Made by a program: the position numbers and the translations under genes. Below, piece after piece: positions 1 through 13,256 of a stretch of DNA of 64,000 bases (position 1 is the stretch's first letter; every line of letters starts with the position of its first letter). This DNA is from Oikopleura dioica (taxonomy: Eukaryota > Animalia > Chordata), in NCBI GenBank assembly GCA_907165135.1, contig OU015567.1, positions 6,386,001 to 6,450,000 of the forward strand, written 5' to 3'. The notes beneath the pieces were generated by a model. That model was not told the origin of the DNA, did not search any database, and worked only from the letters and a program-made list of their open reading frames with translations.

Positions 1-1311
1 CACGTGTTTTTATCATAACTCGGCAAAGGCAACTCGCATTCTAAGCAAAAAGTAATTCATTTTTAATGCGCGCGGCTGGTGGTGCTGATAAGTATATAGA
101 CTTAGTATCGCCGCTGTTGTGTAAAATTTAACTTGTATCTACCATATATTTTTGTTGCCGTTGATTTTACGCTCGTTCTTATTTTTTGTCAGCGTTTTCA
201 ATTTTGAAAATGGTTCCTTTTTTTTCTGATTTCAGATGCTAGTGGCTAGTCGTTGACCTTCTAAAATGAGCTTGTAGTCCTGTTTAATATAAATAAAAAA
301 TGACAAGAAAAAACTTGATAAATGACGGTTGCTCATTGATAGAACTAATGTATTGCCCTTGATCCTGTCATTGATCCCCTCTAGTTCCCTCTTCTGCTGG
401 ACAACTTGTCAATAATAAGCACCAAAGCACCGCGAAAAGTGTCGAAAACAACGGAGGATTTGTCTTGTTAACACCGCGCCAGGGGGTTAGAATTGTTAAA
501 TTGATAAGTCAGCCACGTTCCTGTTAAATATTTAGAGAAATATAATTTTTCTGCTTTCAGAAAGGAACAAGAAAAAGAGGCTCGCTTGGTTTTACGATAT
601 CATATCGTTGATAAAGTAATGTCGCTGGAACTTCCTGTCCATTTTATTAGATAGAGACAAAGCTCATGCATCGGAAGTAGTCTTTTGTCTCCACTTGAAA
701 CTTTGTTGGTTTTGAAGAACATTCCATTTGAAGAACGACAAAGCATTAATTTGCCACGTACCAGCTTTCGATTCGAGGCTTTTTCGGAACTTTGCGGAAA
801 TGCCGGCAAACTGTCAAAGTCAAAATTGCAGGTTATGAAAGATTCCGTTCAAAGAAAGAGTTCGTGGGTGAAAAAATAGTGCTTTTTCAGCAGAATCTTT
901 TTCCATCGCCGGCGATGACGAAAACTCCATCGCATAGATGGTTCATTCCGGAGACGGCTGTGGTGATATCGCGACCGATAGCTTGGTCATTCTGGCCATC
1001 AAATTTCATTCACATTCTTATCGCATATTATTCATAGAAACGTGCCTTGGATTCAATTTTTCAAAGGCTTGGAAGAATTTTGAAGCACGCTATCGGTGAT
1101 AAGGAGCGCCTTAGTTATCCAAAAAAGGGTCGTTCCTGGTGAGCGGCGGGAACACACGCTCTCAAGAAATCCGGGGAGGGCGCTCTCTTCTTTTTAGCGC
1201 GCGCCCATTGGTTTTCTAGACTGGCGCGTTCCCCCCGCAGTCACCCGCTGTTCGGAGCTCCCAGAGAGACAGAAAGGTTTTCTACAGCAGAAAGACGATC
1301 GGGCTCTCAAG

Positions 1312-2519
1312 ATGAAGACAGTCGAGACTTACAAAGAGATCGAAAAGCGCCTGGAACAGATCAGCAATGACGAAATGAACGATGAATCATTGCCGCATCA
1401 AAACATGCTTTTCATCACGAAACATGAAAAAGAAAAGCCTGGACGGATGAGAATCGTTCAAGATACAAGCTACTGGTTTAGGTACCCAGATGGCCTCAGA
1501 AAATTCAAGGTGAGCTTCCTTTATGTTTTCGCTTTTGCTGAGACCTTTTAGGTCGGCCCGATTCAAGACGAAAACCAGCCGGAAGACATCAAATCAGACG
1601 AGTTTCCAATCGGCCTCCAGTGCCGCGATCCAGCTTGCGCTGCTCGAGGAGTCATCTACGTCACCGATGCTGATTTGAGGGGCGAAAAGAGGACTTACAA
1701 CAAAGTTGGAAACCACTACCGCTCATCCGACTGTGACATCGACCAGACCTACCCAAAGCGATCGCTCTTCGAGTGCTACTCACGAGTCAGCATCAACGGC
1801 GACCATTCTTGCAAAGGAATCAAGATGAAAGACGGCTTGACCGATGTGGTACGAGATCATATCTTGGCGCGTGAGAAGATGCCTGATTTTCCGGAAGAGG
1901 ACGAATACGGCTACTACGTATTTACTCCGATCGAGGACAAAGTTAACAGAATGATCGATGACGAAGACTACGAAATGCGCAAATCGGAACACAAAAAGCT
2001 TTGTGAAATAGGAAAGGATTGAAAATTATTCAATTTCTTATGGCAATATTTTTAACTCAAATCAAAGACATTTTAAATCCTCAAAAGACTTCGACGAAAA
2101 GGAAATCGGACGAATTTGCAAAATTCAACTCAAGCGACTGGAGTTCCAAGAATCGCTAAAGAAGACGCTTTCTCGTATGCAGAAAATCCATCCAGGAGTT
2201 TGCTCTGACCCGGCCAATGTAGAAGCTTACCTGAAAATGGAGGAACTCCCTCTTGGTGCCAGCTACTGCAATACAGAGGAAACAAACGGAAAGAAAAAGA
2301 AAGCTCAAAAATCAAAAAAGAAGAAGTAAGTCGAATAGTTGCCATTTTTATCTACTGAAAACTTTAAGAACACCTGAAGATCAAGCTTGGAAGCCAGGTT
2401 CTTCTACAGAGAAAAGCATCAAGAAGAAGAAAGATCGGAAAAGAAAGCAAACTGAGCGCGCGGATGAGGACTCGGCTGAGGAAGGACCTTCGAAGAAACG
2501 CAAACCAAAGAAATCATAA
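1312..2519 (+). CDS. Orphan multi-exon gene, tandem copy 1 (Cys-containing central region, K/R-rich C-terminus)
   Basis: ORF 1312 joins ORF 1675 in frame through a 42-nt GT-AG intron (1510-1551). A later exon (QLKRLEFQ...ELPLGASY) differs from copy 2 mainly at third codon positions. The junction near 2015-2065 is unresolved. Family not recognised. Confidence 0.6.
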
Positions 2520-2769
2520 ACGAATTTTTCATACTCCTGCAGTCCTCATGCTTATTTTTATCAATCCCTCTGAAAAACATCGTTAGGATTTGTAAATTTA
2601 TAACTGAAAAATCTGATGCATTCAAACTGAAAAACAATCTACACTGCTTATTTTATTTTGACCACACTAAAATTATACTGACAAATTCAGAAATAAAAGC
2701 TTACGGTTATAGAAGATGTTAACATTTGTAAAAGTTTTAGACAGTATTGAGAAAGTCTACTTATTCATG

Positions 2770-5046
2770 ATGAGGTCGGTCGAGTCGTACACAGAGATCG
2801 AAAAGCGACTTGAAGAAATATCTGCTCTTGAAAATCATGACACCATTACCCATCGGAATATGCTGTTCATCACGAAACACGAAAAAGAAAAGCCTGGAAG
2901 GATGAGAATCGTTCAAGATACAAGCTACTGGTTTTGGTATCCGGATGGTCTTCGAAAATACAAGGTCGGTTTCTTCCATGTTTTCGCTTTTGCTGAGACT
3001 TTTTAGGTTGGCCCGATTCAAGACGAAAACCAGCCAGAAGACGTCAAATCGAACGAGTGTCCAATCGGCCTCCAGTGCCGCGATCCGGCTTGCGCTGCTC
3101 GAGGAGTCATTTACGTCACTGATGCTGATTTGAGGGGCAAAAAGAGGACTTACGACAAAGTTGGAAACTACTACCATTCATCCGACTGCGACATCGACCA
3201 GACGTACCCAAAGCGCTCGCTCTTTGAGTGCTACTCACGAGTCAGCATTAGTGGCGATCATTCTTGCAAAGCAATCAAGATCAAAGACGGATTGACCGAC
3301 GTGGTACGAGATCATGTCTTGGCGCGTGAGAAGATGCCCGATCTTCCCGAAAAAGACGAATTCGGCTATCAAATATTTCATTCGATCGAAGACAAAGTTT
3401 ATGAAATGTTCGAATGCGAAAACTGGGAAATACTGAGACGCAAGAAGCTTTATGAAATAGGGAAGGATTATAAATTTGTAGATTTTCTTTTGGCAAAACA
3501 ATTGTTTTCATCTTGAATCAAAAACGTTTGGAATCCTCAAAAGGCTTCGACAGAATGGAAATCGGACGAATTTGCAAAGTTCAACTAAAGCGACTTGAGT
3601 TTCAGCAAACGAAAAAAATCTGCTATGAAAATATGCGCGAATGTATGCCAGGAGTGTCTGATCTTCCAGAAGACTCGCCTTTTTTCAAGATCGAGGAACT
3701 ACCTCTTGGTGCTAGCCTAGGTCTCGAAATCCGGGTGCTTTCGCTGTGGCGGGAAAGTGGTGGCGCGCGCACTGCCGCGGCGGGAGCGGAGGAGAAAAAA
3801 TGCCGCACAAACGCGCTCGAGGCAGATTTTCTCACTTTCAGCTTTCAGCGGGCGGGCGCCCAAACATGCAAATAGGGCGCGATTCGCGCGCTTTCCTGGG
3901 GCAAGGGTTTTTTAGGAACGCGAGAGCCCCTATTTCTCATTCCCAGCTGGTCGAAATATAACGTAGTGTTCTTATCATTTTTATATGAATACCGTATTCG
4001 GAATACGTCATTTAACCTGCTGATTGAATATTGAAAATGATTTGGCAAAAAACTTCAATATTGAAAACTCAAAATAAATTTTTCGAAGAGGTAAATCATA
4101 TAGTCTATATGATATAGAGCACGCCTTACCGTGTCATTAATTTTTCGAAATGTTGTTTATCAGACACTTTTCTTGCGGCCCCCGATAGATAAATTTTCCA
4201 GATTCTTCCTCTCGTGCAAAATCGTCAGATAAGAGAGTGAAACTGACAGCGCACTGCGCAGGGAGGCAAAAAAGCATTAGGGCGCGCCATAATCTCAGTG
4301 GGTGCTTACTATGACCCAGTACTCGGAATCAGATGCAAATAACACCGGGTGATTAACAAAAAAGAGGTTCCCGAAGTAGTAGGTTCATTTTCGCTAAGAT
4401 TTTTTGAGAAGAAAAATTAGCAGGTGACCTGGAAAACTTGGGTGAAAAATCGCTCCATTTTAGAGGAATTCTTAAGCCTACCAATTCTTAAGCCTTCCGA
4501 TTCTTAAAACTTCCATAAGATTTTCAATAAGCTTAGTTAAATCTTAGAAGACTGAGCGCGCGGCTTGCCTTCTTAGCGCGCTACTCGCTGCCCGAGAACA
4601 CGACTCGCATCGCCCCGCGCGACTCCCCGCACAACCCCCTTCGCGCTAGGCACAAATCCCGCCGCGGCGAATTTTTCGGATCCGCCTCCGATTATTCGCG
4701 GCGAATTTTCGATTTCCTCCAGCGCGCGGAGGCAGCGAGGGCGCCATTAGTCTCCCGCCACAGCGAAAGCACCCGGATTTCGAGACCTAGGTGCTAGCTA
4801 CAGTAATGCAGAGCAAAGCGGCCAGAAAAAGAAAACTCAGAAGTCGAAGAAGTAAGCCAAATCGTTGTCATTTTTTATTTTAAAACTTTAAGAAAAACTG
4901 ATGAAGATCCAGCATGGAGACCAGGTTCTTCAAAAGCGAAAACGACCAAGAAGAAGAATGATCGGAAAAGAAAACAAGCTGACCGCGCGGATGAGGACTC
5001 GGCTGAGGAAGGAACTTCAAAGAAAGGAAAGCCAAAGAAAGCATAA
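2770..5046 (+). CDS. Orphan gene, tandem copy 2, interrupted by a MITE at 3717-4790 (pseudogene or rescued by splicing)
   Basis: Colinear with copy 1 from the ATG (MRSVESY vs MKTVETY) to the stop and 3' flank, with the same first intron position. Homology breaks at 3717 and resumes at 4791. Confidence 0.55.
3717..4790. mobile_element. Non-autonomous DNA transposon (MITE), 1074 bp, 8-bp TSD (hAT-like)
   Basis: Perfect 38-bp TIR CTAGGTCTCGAAATCCGGGTGCTTTCGCTGTGGCGGGA at both ends. TSD GTGCTAGC at 3709-3716 and 4791-4798. Paralogous copy 1 shows the empty site. No transposase ORF. Confidence 0.93.
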
Positions 5047-5346
5047 ACGAAGTTATCATTCTCCCGCAGTCGCTTATCGTTACTTTTATCAATTATTTAT
5101 CAATTGAAAAAATTACCTGCGAGAATCTCAATTACTGAATATCAAATATTTTCAAACTGCAAAAATGAATAAATTCAACAAGAATAAAATCCAATCGAAT
5201 AATTCACTTGATTTTAAAGCTTTTGAAAATATATATTATTAAAATTTGTACAGAAAGGCAGTAGAGGTCAATAATGCGCTATTATTGGAAGTATAAAATA
5301 AGAAAGAAAAGCTGAGTCGAGGATTGATAAATATGAATTGTTGGAT

Positions 5347-8300
5347 TTATAAGGCCAGGTCGTCGAGCGTGACCACGTGGTCGAGAAAGGCGTGTCTTTT
5401 CAGAACGCTGACAGAAGGTCGTACGTCGGGATTGAAGCTGAAGCATCTGAAGTATTATTTTTAGATGTTTTTCTTGGGGGTGGGCTTTACTTTTTGAGGA
5501 AGGTCTTTGCATTCTGCGCGAAAAAGGGGTATCCTGTGAATTCCATGATTTCGCCGTGATACTTCATCGGGTCATTCCTTTCTCGCAGCTGATAGAGGAT
5601 CGAGATGTCCTGGAGAATCTTGCCTCCTTTCGTCCACGGCAATTTACCGGTGATCATTTCCAATACGGTGCAGCCGATCGACCAAACGTCGCTTGACCTC
5701 CCATAGCCGGATTTTCTAAAAGTTTCCCGTCAAAAATCATTCGTGAAAGAGGACACTTACTCATGGACTTCTGGTGCAGCGTAGTGGAAAGTGCAGCCTT
5801 TGGCTCCTTGAGCAGGGGTTCCGATGTTTGTTTGCACATTCAAGTCGTCTGCGATTTGATGAGCGCTGCCGAAGTCACCGAGTTTGACATGGCTAAATTT
5901 AATTATTTCGAGTTTAGGCAAAATGATTTACTAGTATTGGCCTTGACGCTTGAGGAAGACATTGGAGGGCTTGATGTCTCTGTGGACCCAACTGTTTGTG
6001 TGCATGTATTCCACTGCATCCATTAGCTGGGTCGTGTAGGCAATGATCATCGTCGGCGAAATCCCGTTGCGCGCTTCTTTGTCCAGCGTCATTTCGCAGT
6101 ACTCGAACATCAGGAAGAAGGTGCGAAGATCGTTTTTAATCGAGTCAGAGTCTTCCTAAAGAATACAGTCAGACAACGTTTTTCGAGAGAACTTACATAA
6201 TATTGCCCGTAGTAGAGAACAATGTTTTTATGATGGAGCAGCTCGTTCGCCAGAATTTCTATGTAGAGATAGTGAGTCAGCTCCTCGATGGTTTTGTTGT
6301 GCTTCTTTATTTCCTTGATGACAACTTGATCACCGTTGTCACGACGAGTTCCAAGGTGAACCTTTCCAAACGCACCCTGTAATCAGTTTCAGACAGGCAA
6401 CTTTGCGTATTCTTACCTGTGCGATGTTGTCACGAATGATGACAAAGTCAAAGTTGATCTTCTTTCCGTTGTTCTCAGGGACATCATCGGAGTCTTCGTC
6501 CTCATCGTAATACTCCGTAAGAACGCGCCCAACAGTTTTCTTTTCTCTATCCTTTTCCGTCCTCGCTGTGTCTAATTTGACGGCGGACAAGCGGCATCTA
6601 TTCCTGAAAGACTTCTTGCCCTCGCCGCCCAGGTCAGTGCTAGCTTGGCTCAAGAGCTTTGGGCGGTTATCAACAGCCTTTGCTCCATCTCCAGTCTCTT
6701 TCTTTTTGTCGAACGCTTTCATAATCCTGTCGATGTGATCTCGATACATTTGCTCGTCCTGGCGCTTGAGCTTTTGCAAGAAGCTGTCATCAAGGTGTTT
6801 GTGTTCCAAGGTCGCTGGTCCGGTTCGAAGATTAGACTTGTACTGCTCCTCTGTCGCATAGGAGCGCATTTTCTTTGTTTCAAAAGTCGTCCAGTCGTAG
6901 AAGATTTCCAGCGCCAGTTTCTGATAAGATTGATAGAACGCGTGCTTCGAATTGAATTCGTTGATTGGCTTTCGCGTCAGTTTCTTCATTTCAGTGAAAT
7001 ATGAATTGTTCAGGCTTTCGTACAGGCGCCGAATTGCATTTGGATATTCCTTTTCGAGGTAGTCGAGATTCTCCTGGTGAAAAAACTTTTCGTCTTCGCT
7101 GGAAGCCCTGTCCTTGACATCGAGCAAGGCATTTTGAATCTCGCTGAATACGCGGAGCTGCTCGTTGATCACATTTTGGACAGTCTTCGTTGTTTTCAAA
7201 ACAGAGTCGCGAAGACGCTGGACCATATTCTTGGCATCTTTGGTAATTCCCGTCTGTTTTACGACCAGCTCAAGGTAGTCTCTGAAATCCTGAGTAAAAG
7301 ATCGCTCATTTCCTGGATTTATCGTGAGAATGTAGAGCTCGCATTCGGCTTGCATGTCGATATCGAAGATTGGCGTGATTCGATATGCGTCTGGCTTGAT
7401 TTCGAAGATTTTACCAGTCCATTTCAAGTCCGGAAGTGCAGATTTTCGGAAGATAAAGATACCATCATCGTAATGCCACTCTGACGCGGTACCTTCGATC
7501 GACTGAGTCGCCTGACTGTTCTGCGAGTAACCAGCCTCTGTGCCTTGAGAATCGTTGAAAGAGCTGTTCATCGTTTGTTGCGAGTCAAAGAGGCAATCTG
7601 ACGTAGCGCTCTCTTGACTAGCCCTGGCGCTTATTTGGCTTTCCATTTCGATCGTCATTGCTTTCCTTGGTTCTGGGAATTCAAACGCGCTTTTTTTCGC
7701 ATAAGGCGAGGCGATTTGAGTAGAGCCAGTGAAGCCTGTATCCAGCTCGGAAAAAGCACGACGCGTGGTTTTCAGAAAATGTCGCGGCTCATCATCCTGG
7801 TCGAGAATCATGGCGATCGGACCTCCATGAAACATTGTTCCGTCAACGGTGTTGTCGATTCGAACAAGTAGATCTTTCGTAACCGGAGTGACAGTTTCAA
7901 CGCGTTGCATCAAATCAAACAGCTCTTCTAGTACTGTACTCTTTCCATTTACAAATCGATCGATTGTTTCCGAGTGGCAGAAAATCCAAAAGTCGGAATC
8001 GTTGTCATTCAGTACTCTCACCATGCAAAAGTCCTGATTGAGCAGGTACTGCGAAATGTCCCTTCCCGCAGTCTTTTTCAATCGATAACCAATCGCTTTT
8101 TCGGCGATTTCTCGGAGATAAAACGCAAATTGAAAGACACCTCGGGCTTCGTTATCAACGAATGTGTTCTTGCCAACTCGAAGGTTGTGGAGCATTTGTT
8201 GTAAAATTTCTTTCTGGACTCGGTCTCTGAAGTTTTCTTGGTCTTCCGGCTCACTTGGGACGCGATCGAAGCTGATTCCATTAGGCAAGGTGATTTGGGG

Positions 8301-10646
8301 CTTTCTCAAGTCTTTCTCGTTTGTGATGTTGAGAAAGTCATCGAGATGCTTGAGCTGGGTCTTAATAATTCTCTCGTTGCACCATTCTTGTAGGACATCC
8401 ATTAAAACGACTGCTTTATCCTGGAACAGGTCCATAATCCGCGGCTTTGTTGAGATATGCATTCGTCGAGAAAGATCTTTGAACCTTTTCATCTCGAACT
8501 TGAGCACGTGACCAAGAGACTCGGCATCAGATTCGAACAGCGAAATGTTGTTCATACGCTGGAGAATATTGTGAAGATCGAAATCTTTCGATAAGAGGTG
8601 AACTTTAGGAGGAATAACAACCTTGTCGTAGTAACATTTCAAGGCCTTTCAAAATGGATAAAGATGGATCCTCGCTGTCCGAGACTCTCAGAATAAAGCA
8701 AAAAGCCGGTCATAAAACGCGATTTAGTTATTTTCTTTATCCTTTCCTTTTTGAAATTTGATTTCAATTCGTAGATAGTGTTGAAAAGCAAATCGCTGGT
8801 TGAGGAGTGTTCGGTAAGCGCCAATGTTTCGATGCAGAAGATAGTGACGGCACACTGATCGAAGACGGGGTGGAATTCTGCGATGAAATTGGAATGGTCG
8901 GCAGTGCAAGAACTGATGCTCTCGAACTTCTCGAGCACATGTTTGCAGAGAGTCATTGGGAAACGAGCGAGTGTTACGAGTAGGAATGTATAAAGACCAT
9001 TGAGATTTGGCAACCATTCTGGCAGGGGATAGGCATCTGGGTTGAATTCGTTGTGTACATAGCGTATTCTGATGTTTCGAAGCGACGATTCCAGCCAAGT
9101 AGAATTCATCTCGACCGAGATGTTTCGCTCGAAAACATCAGCAAGCGTGAGATCCATGACGTTTGGGATCCCGTTTTTGTTGTTTTTCGAGGACACTAGT
9201 TTTTCAAGGTCGGTGTGGAGCTCATCTTGGCCTTCTAAGTAAGGCCTGACTTTGAGTAGAAACGAGATCAGCTTCTCCAAGATGGAATGATTGATGATTC
9301 GGTAGGGTTCTTGCACACGAGATTTTCCACTTCTGGAGCGAGAACTCGAATTATTAGAGCTGGCCATCATCATCAAAGTCGTAGTCGACAATTTCGTCAA
9401 GCGGGAGATATGATTTTGCAAGCTTTCTACGAACACTCTTTGGCAAAATGGACTTTCCGGGTTCGCCTCTTTTTCGCTTTTGTTTATCTGCTCTTTCAAC
9501 CAGTACTTGAAGTTCTCAGTCGTTCCTCCACTAATGTCGTATTGCTGGCTTTCAAGTTCGGTCAGGTTCGTCGGTTGAAAGGAATCAATGACTTTGGATA
9601 CGTGACGCTCGAAGATAGTCATGAATCCAGTGGCGATGTTCATCCAAGAAAGCGCTTTTGCTTCTTCTTTCAAGAATGACTTTAGTTGGGTCGTATCATT
9701 TCGTGGATCATGGACTTCTTCGAGAAAACACTTTTCATGAGGGAAGAGCGTTTTCAGCTCGCCAAGACTTTCGAATGTCTCTTCGATCCAAAGAGCATTA
9801 AGTTGTGTGTTGAGAATCTCATAAATGAACATGTCGTGACGAGGAATGCAGGCAGGTTCGCTCATGTACGAGCTAAAGCGGCTGATTGTTCTAGGTGTTG
9901 CTTCCAAGCTCTCATTTTGCGACTTGGTCATTTGAGTTTCGGTCTCAAGATCGTTAAATCGCGAGGCGAGCTGTGAAATATCGAGACCTTTAACAAATGT
10001 TACTCACAAAGAACATGGCTAATAGATACTACGAGACTGCTATTGAAATTTCTTACCCGATGAGCTTTTTGTCTCGTCAAAACTAGGCCGTTCGCTGGCT
10101 GAGGTATTCGACCTGCTTCGAGAAGAAGGCGTGAGTGGAGGAGTCGCCACTTCCATATCATGAGAAGGCGAGGTCGGGTCAATGTCTGTAGCATCGGTCG
10201 AATAGTCTTCATCGTCGTAGTCGATTTTCAAAATGCGACCGAATTTCTTCCTCTGGATCGCGAACGGCCGATGCTCATTCGGTATCGAAACCATAGCTGC
10301 TAGCTCTTTGAATTGAGCATGCGGTCCAAAGGATTCACTGAATCGCTTCTTTCTGAAGAAATCATCGAAATCCGCGCTTCGAACTTGCGCAGTCCGCCTC
10401 TTGTCTCCATTTGAATAGTCGAAGACATAGATCTCGCGCCAGAAGTTCTTCATGTTTTCCTTTACATTTTGACTTGGTTCTAGTGTACATCTAAAAGTCA
10501 AGAGTTGATATGATACTTTTGCCAAGGACGCGAACCTCCGACGCTGGCTTTGGGACCGTCCGTCCGGCTGCTTATTCTTGGAAGGGGTGTTATCTTTCCA
10601 CTTTTTTATATATTGTTTCAGATTGACGATCGTTCCAATCTTATCC
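5347..10646 (-). CDS. Large (~1600-1700 aa) protein with C-terminal Ser/Thr kinase domain, MAP3K4/MEKK4-like; 5' end uncertain
   Basis: Spliced exons give AQGAFGKV, VVIKE, HRDIKPSN, KLGDFG, YAAPE, SDVWSIGCTVLEMITGKLPW and CFSFNPDVRPS. A 40-nt intron (6377-6416) joins these to ORF 6339-8642, which joins ORFs 8639-9931 and 10040-10525. A long N-terminus with a terminal kinase matches the MAP3K4 layout. Kinase is certain; subfamily is inferred. Confidence 0.7.
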
Positions 10647-12081
10647 TAACAGAGAAATTTTGTTTTAGCACCCTAGTAGTTCACCAATTTAAAGCTACTC
10701 GTCACCCAGTTTTTTTTTTGTCTAGGAAGCAAGGAAAACTCAAACATACTAAAAAATCTGGGACGAGAAAAAGCCGCAAACCTCTTTCAAGCCGACGCTC
10801 GATCTAAAGACTCTGCGTTTATTGATAACGTCTTTGACATCCATCAAGTGTTTGACATCACGACAAAGGCAAAGAATACTGTTTGGCTTTTATGTTGGTC
10901 GGTAAGAGTGATGGAAGTTTTGAAACTTGAAATCAACGAGGAGGACCCAACCTTTGAAGCAAAATTCTCGACAAAATCGTCTAACTCCGCGTCATTAGAA
11001 AATTCTCTGAGCACACGCGGCTGCAAATGTTCATAAAGTTTCAAAAGTTCCGCTTCAACAGTTTTCCAGGATAGCCCTCTTAGGAAAAAGCCCTCGTTAT
11101 TCTATATTTATCCAGCAATTATGTTCTGAGAAGCAAAAAGTGAACACGGTGTTGCTGCTAATCAAATAGATATTGCCTCCTGGGAGAGGAGAATTCGAGG
11201 GAAAGGGGTTTATCGGAGTTTTATTCTTCCCGCGAAACGCTCTCAGAATTAATGCTAGCTTTTTAATTGTCCGACTTGTCTTTTGTTTTCTTGACAAAAG
11301 GAAGGCTTTATGTTATCCTGGAGAAGGTGCGAGTCACTTTTATTCTTTGTGAACATTCTCTTTTTCCGGATTATCTGATGACTGGAAGTATTAATTTCTG
11401 GCGCTGTCTGTGGCCTAGTGATCGTAAGATCATTTCTATTGTGAATGCTTCGAATCAGCATCGTAAACGGGCTCTCTTCTGTTATAAAATTCATAATTAC
11501 ACTTTTCTTCCTAAAAAGCTTTCAAAAAAGAATAAGATTTGCGGCTTGGAAAAAGCTTGAGCTTTGAAAGTCAGGCGGGTTAAGTCCCAGCTAAATGTCG
11601 TTTAAAAAGTCACAACAAGAATAATCCCACCAAATTACTCGAACAAGGAGCGTGCGAGTCATGAACAGCTCATTATTTTTTCCGCTTGCTAATAGATTTG
11701 TCTCTCTTTTATCTGATATTTATGAACGTAATTATTTAATGACAAAAATGCACACCCAGTTGAATTCACTAGAGCTCGATAACACCCGCTACCTTTAGTT
11801 TACGAGGTCGCCCAGCCCCTTTGCCAGTCTTTGACCAGAAAAGTTTTCGTAATTTGCGAAGTTCGCGATCATCAGTGGCTCCTTGTTCTTCGTTGTTTCG
11901 ATCTATCTGAAATTCAATGTTAAAAAAATTGAACATCAAGTCCTCTTTTTTTCTTTTTTTGACGAAAAATGGGACTCTTTACAAATCACGCCCATTGATG
12001 ATCGTTAATCTATTGTCATACTAATAGAAATCTTTTCATCAATCAAAATCAAGGACATCCTATCGTAGATCATGTTCTCTT

Positions 12082-12977
12082 CTATGATATCAAAGATGAT
12101 AGAAGACGAAATACCTCTTGGTCACAGTCTGGTCCATAACAGGGAGGAAGTTTGGCAGTAATAGTTCGTCGGCTTCTTTCAGAAATTCGACGGATTCGTC
12201 TTCTAGGTTTCTTGGCTGGTGGGGGTTCCTCGTCACTACTAGAAGTTTCCCCTTGAAGCTCAAACATAATCAACTCTAAATCGAAATAGGCTAGGGAAAA
12301 ATTCGCAAATCCTCTTTTGCGAATATTTGAGAGAAATTCGAAATTTGCAAATCGTATAGTTTCGCAAATAAGCAAAAAACAGCACAAGCAAAACCTTCCT
12401 TGGGACAGTAGAAGTCATTGCACTTTCAGGGTCGTACTTTGCGATGTGGCGATTTGATTTGCGAATAGCATTTTTCTTCATCTTGAGCTTCCTGGCCGAT
12501 CGGATTTGCTGCTCTCGCTTTTTAGGGAAAAGAAAAAACGAATCACCAATTGATAGCCCACAATTATTTCTACGATAGTTCAAATATTTGACCCAGAAAC
12601 GACTGTTTTTCAACTCCTTTCCTGGCTCTTTCTCGAAGATGTCGAGGATATACTCATGCGATCTGAGTCCATATCGTTGTCTAATTAGTCAAATAAACAG
12701 GTGAGATAAATAAATGTTTTTGACAAAGATGAGAAAATGACACCAAATGCTCGAACAAGAAGAAACTGTCACCATTTGACAACTTTCATACTTACGGAAT
12801 CGATTTAACACAGTGTAATACTCCAATTGATTTGGTTCTTGATAAAGATATATTCAAATGTCTGAGAAACAGAGCCCTTGCTTCAAATCTAAACTTACCA
12901 ATAAGAGACTCAGGTGGGCCACTAGATCTTCTGGGCCCACCTTCCTTCGTTTTCGTCTTCTTGCGCTTTTCCGACAT
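12082..12977 (-). other. Probable multi-exon gene of unknown function
   Basis: Coding-like segments (ETSSSDEEPPPAKKPRRR; MSEKRKKTK) are flanked by GTAAG donors and TAG acceptors, but no consistent frame could be assembled. Confidence 0.25.
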
Positions 12978-13256
12978 GATTCACTACATTTTCCTAAATC
13001 AAGTTTTCAATTTCAAACTTTCAAATTTTGAATCATATTGCAGTTAAACCTCAAATTGTAACGTAAGCGTTTGAAATCAATAATTGTTTTTGTCAGAACT
13101 AAAAGAGAAGAAAGGCCAGTAAGGAATGAAATTGGAAAGAACAAGAATAGTAGCAGTTTAAAGTTAAAAGTATGAACTAGGATAAGATAAAAATAAAAAG
13201 ACAGGGAAGAATCTTTTGTTACAGAAATTCTAAAAAGAGAGCGTAAAAAGATAGCG

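Noticed and set aside
3513-3961. ORFs running into the MITE as a new chimeric gene or transposase
   Set aside because: These are simple read-through into GC-rich TIR sequence, with no DDE or other transposase motif.
8639-8642. Stop/start overlap between two long ORFs resembling bacterial translational coupling
   Set aside because: The DNA is eukaryotic, the start is a TTG, and a 44-nt intron explains the junction.
6645-9976. Multiple 85-135 aa plus-strand ORFs
   Set aside because: Antisense to the long kinase exons, with no independent motifs.
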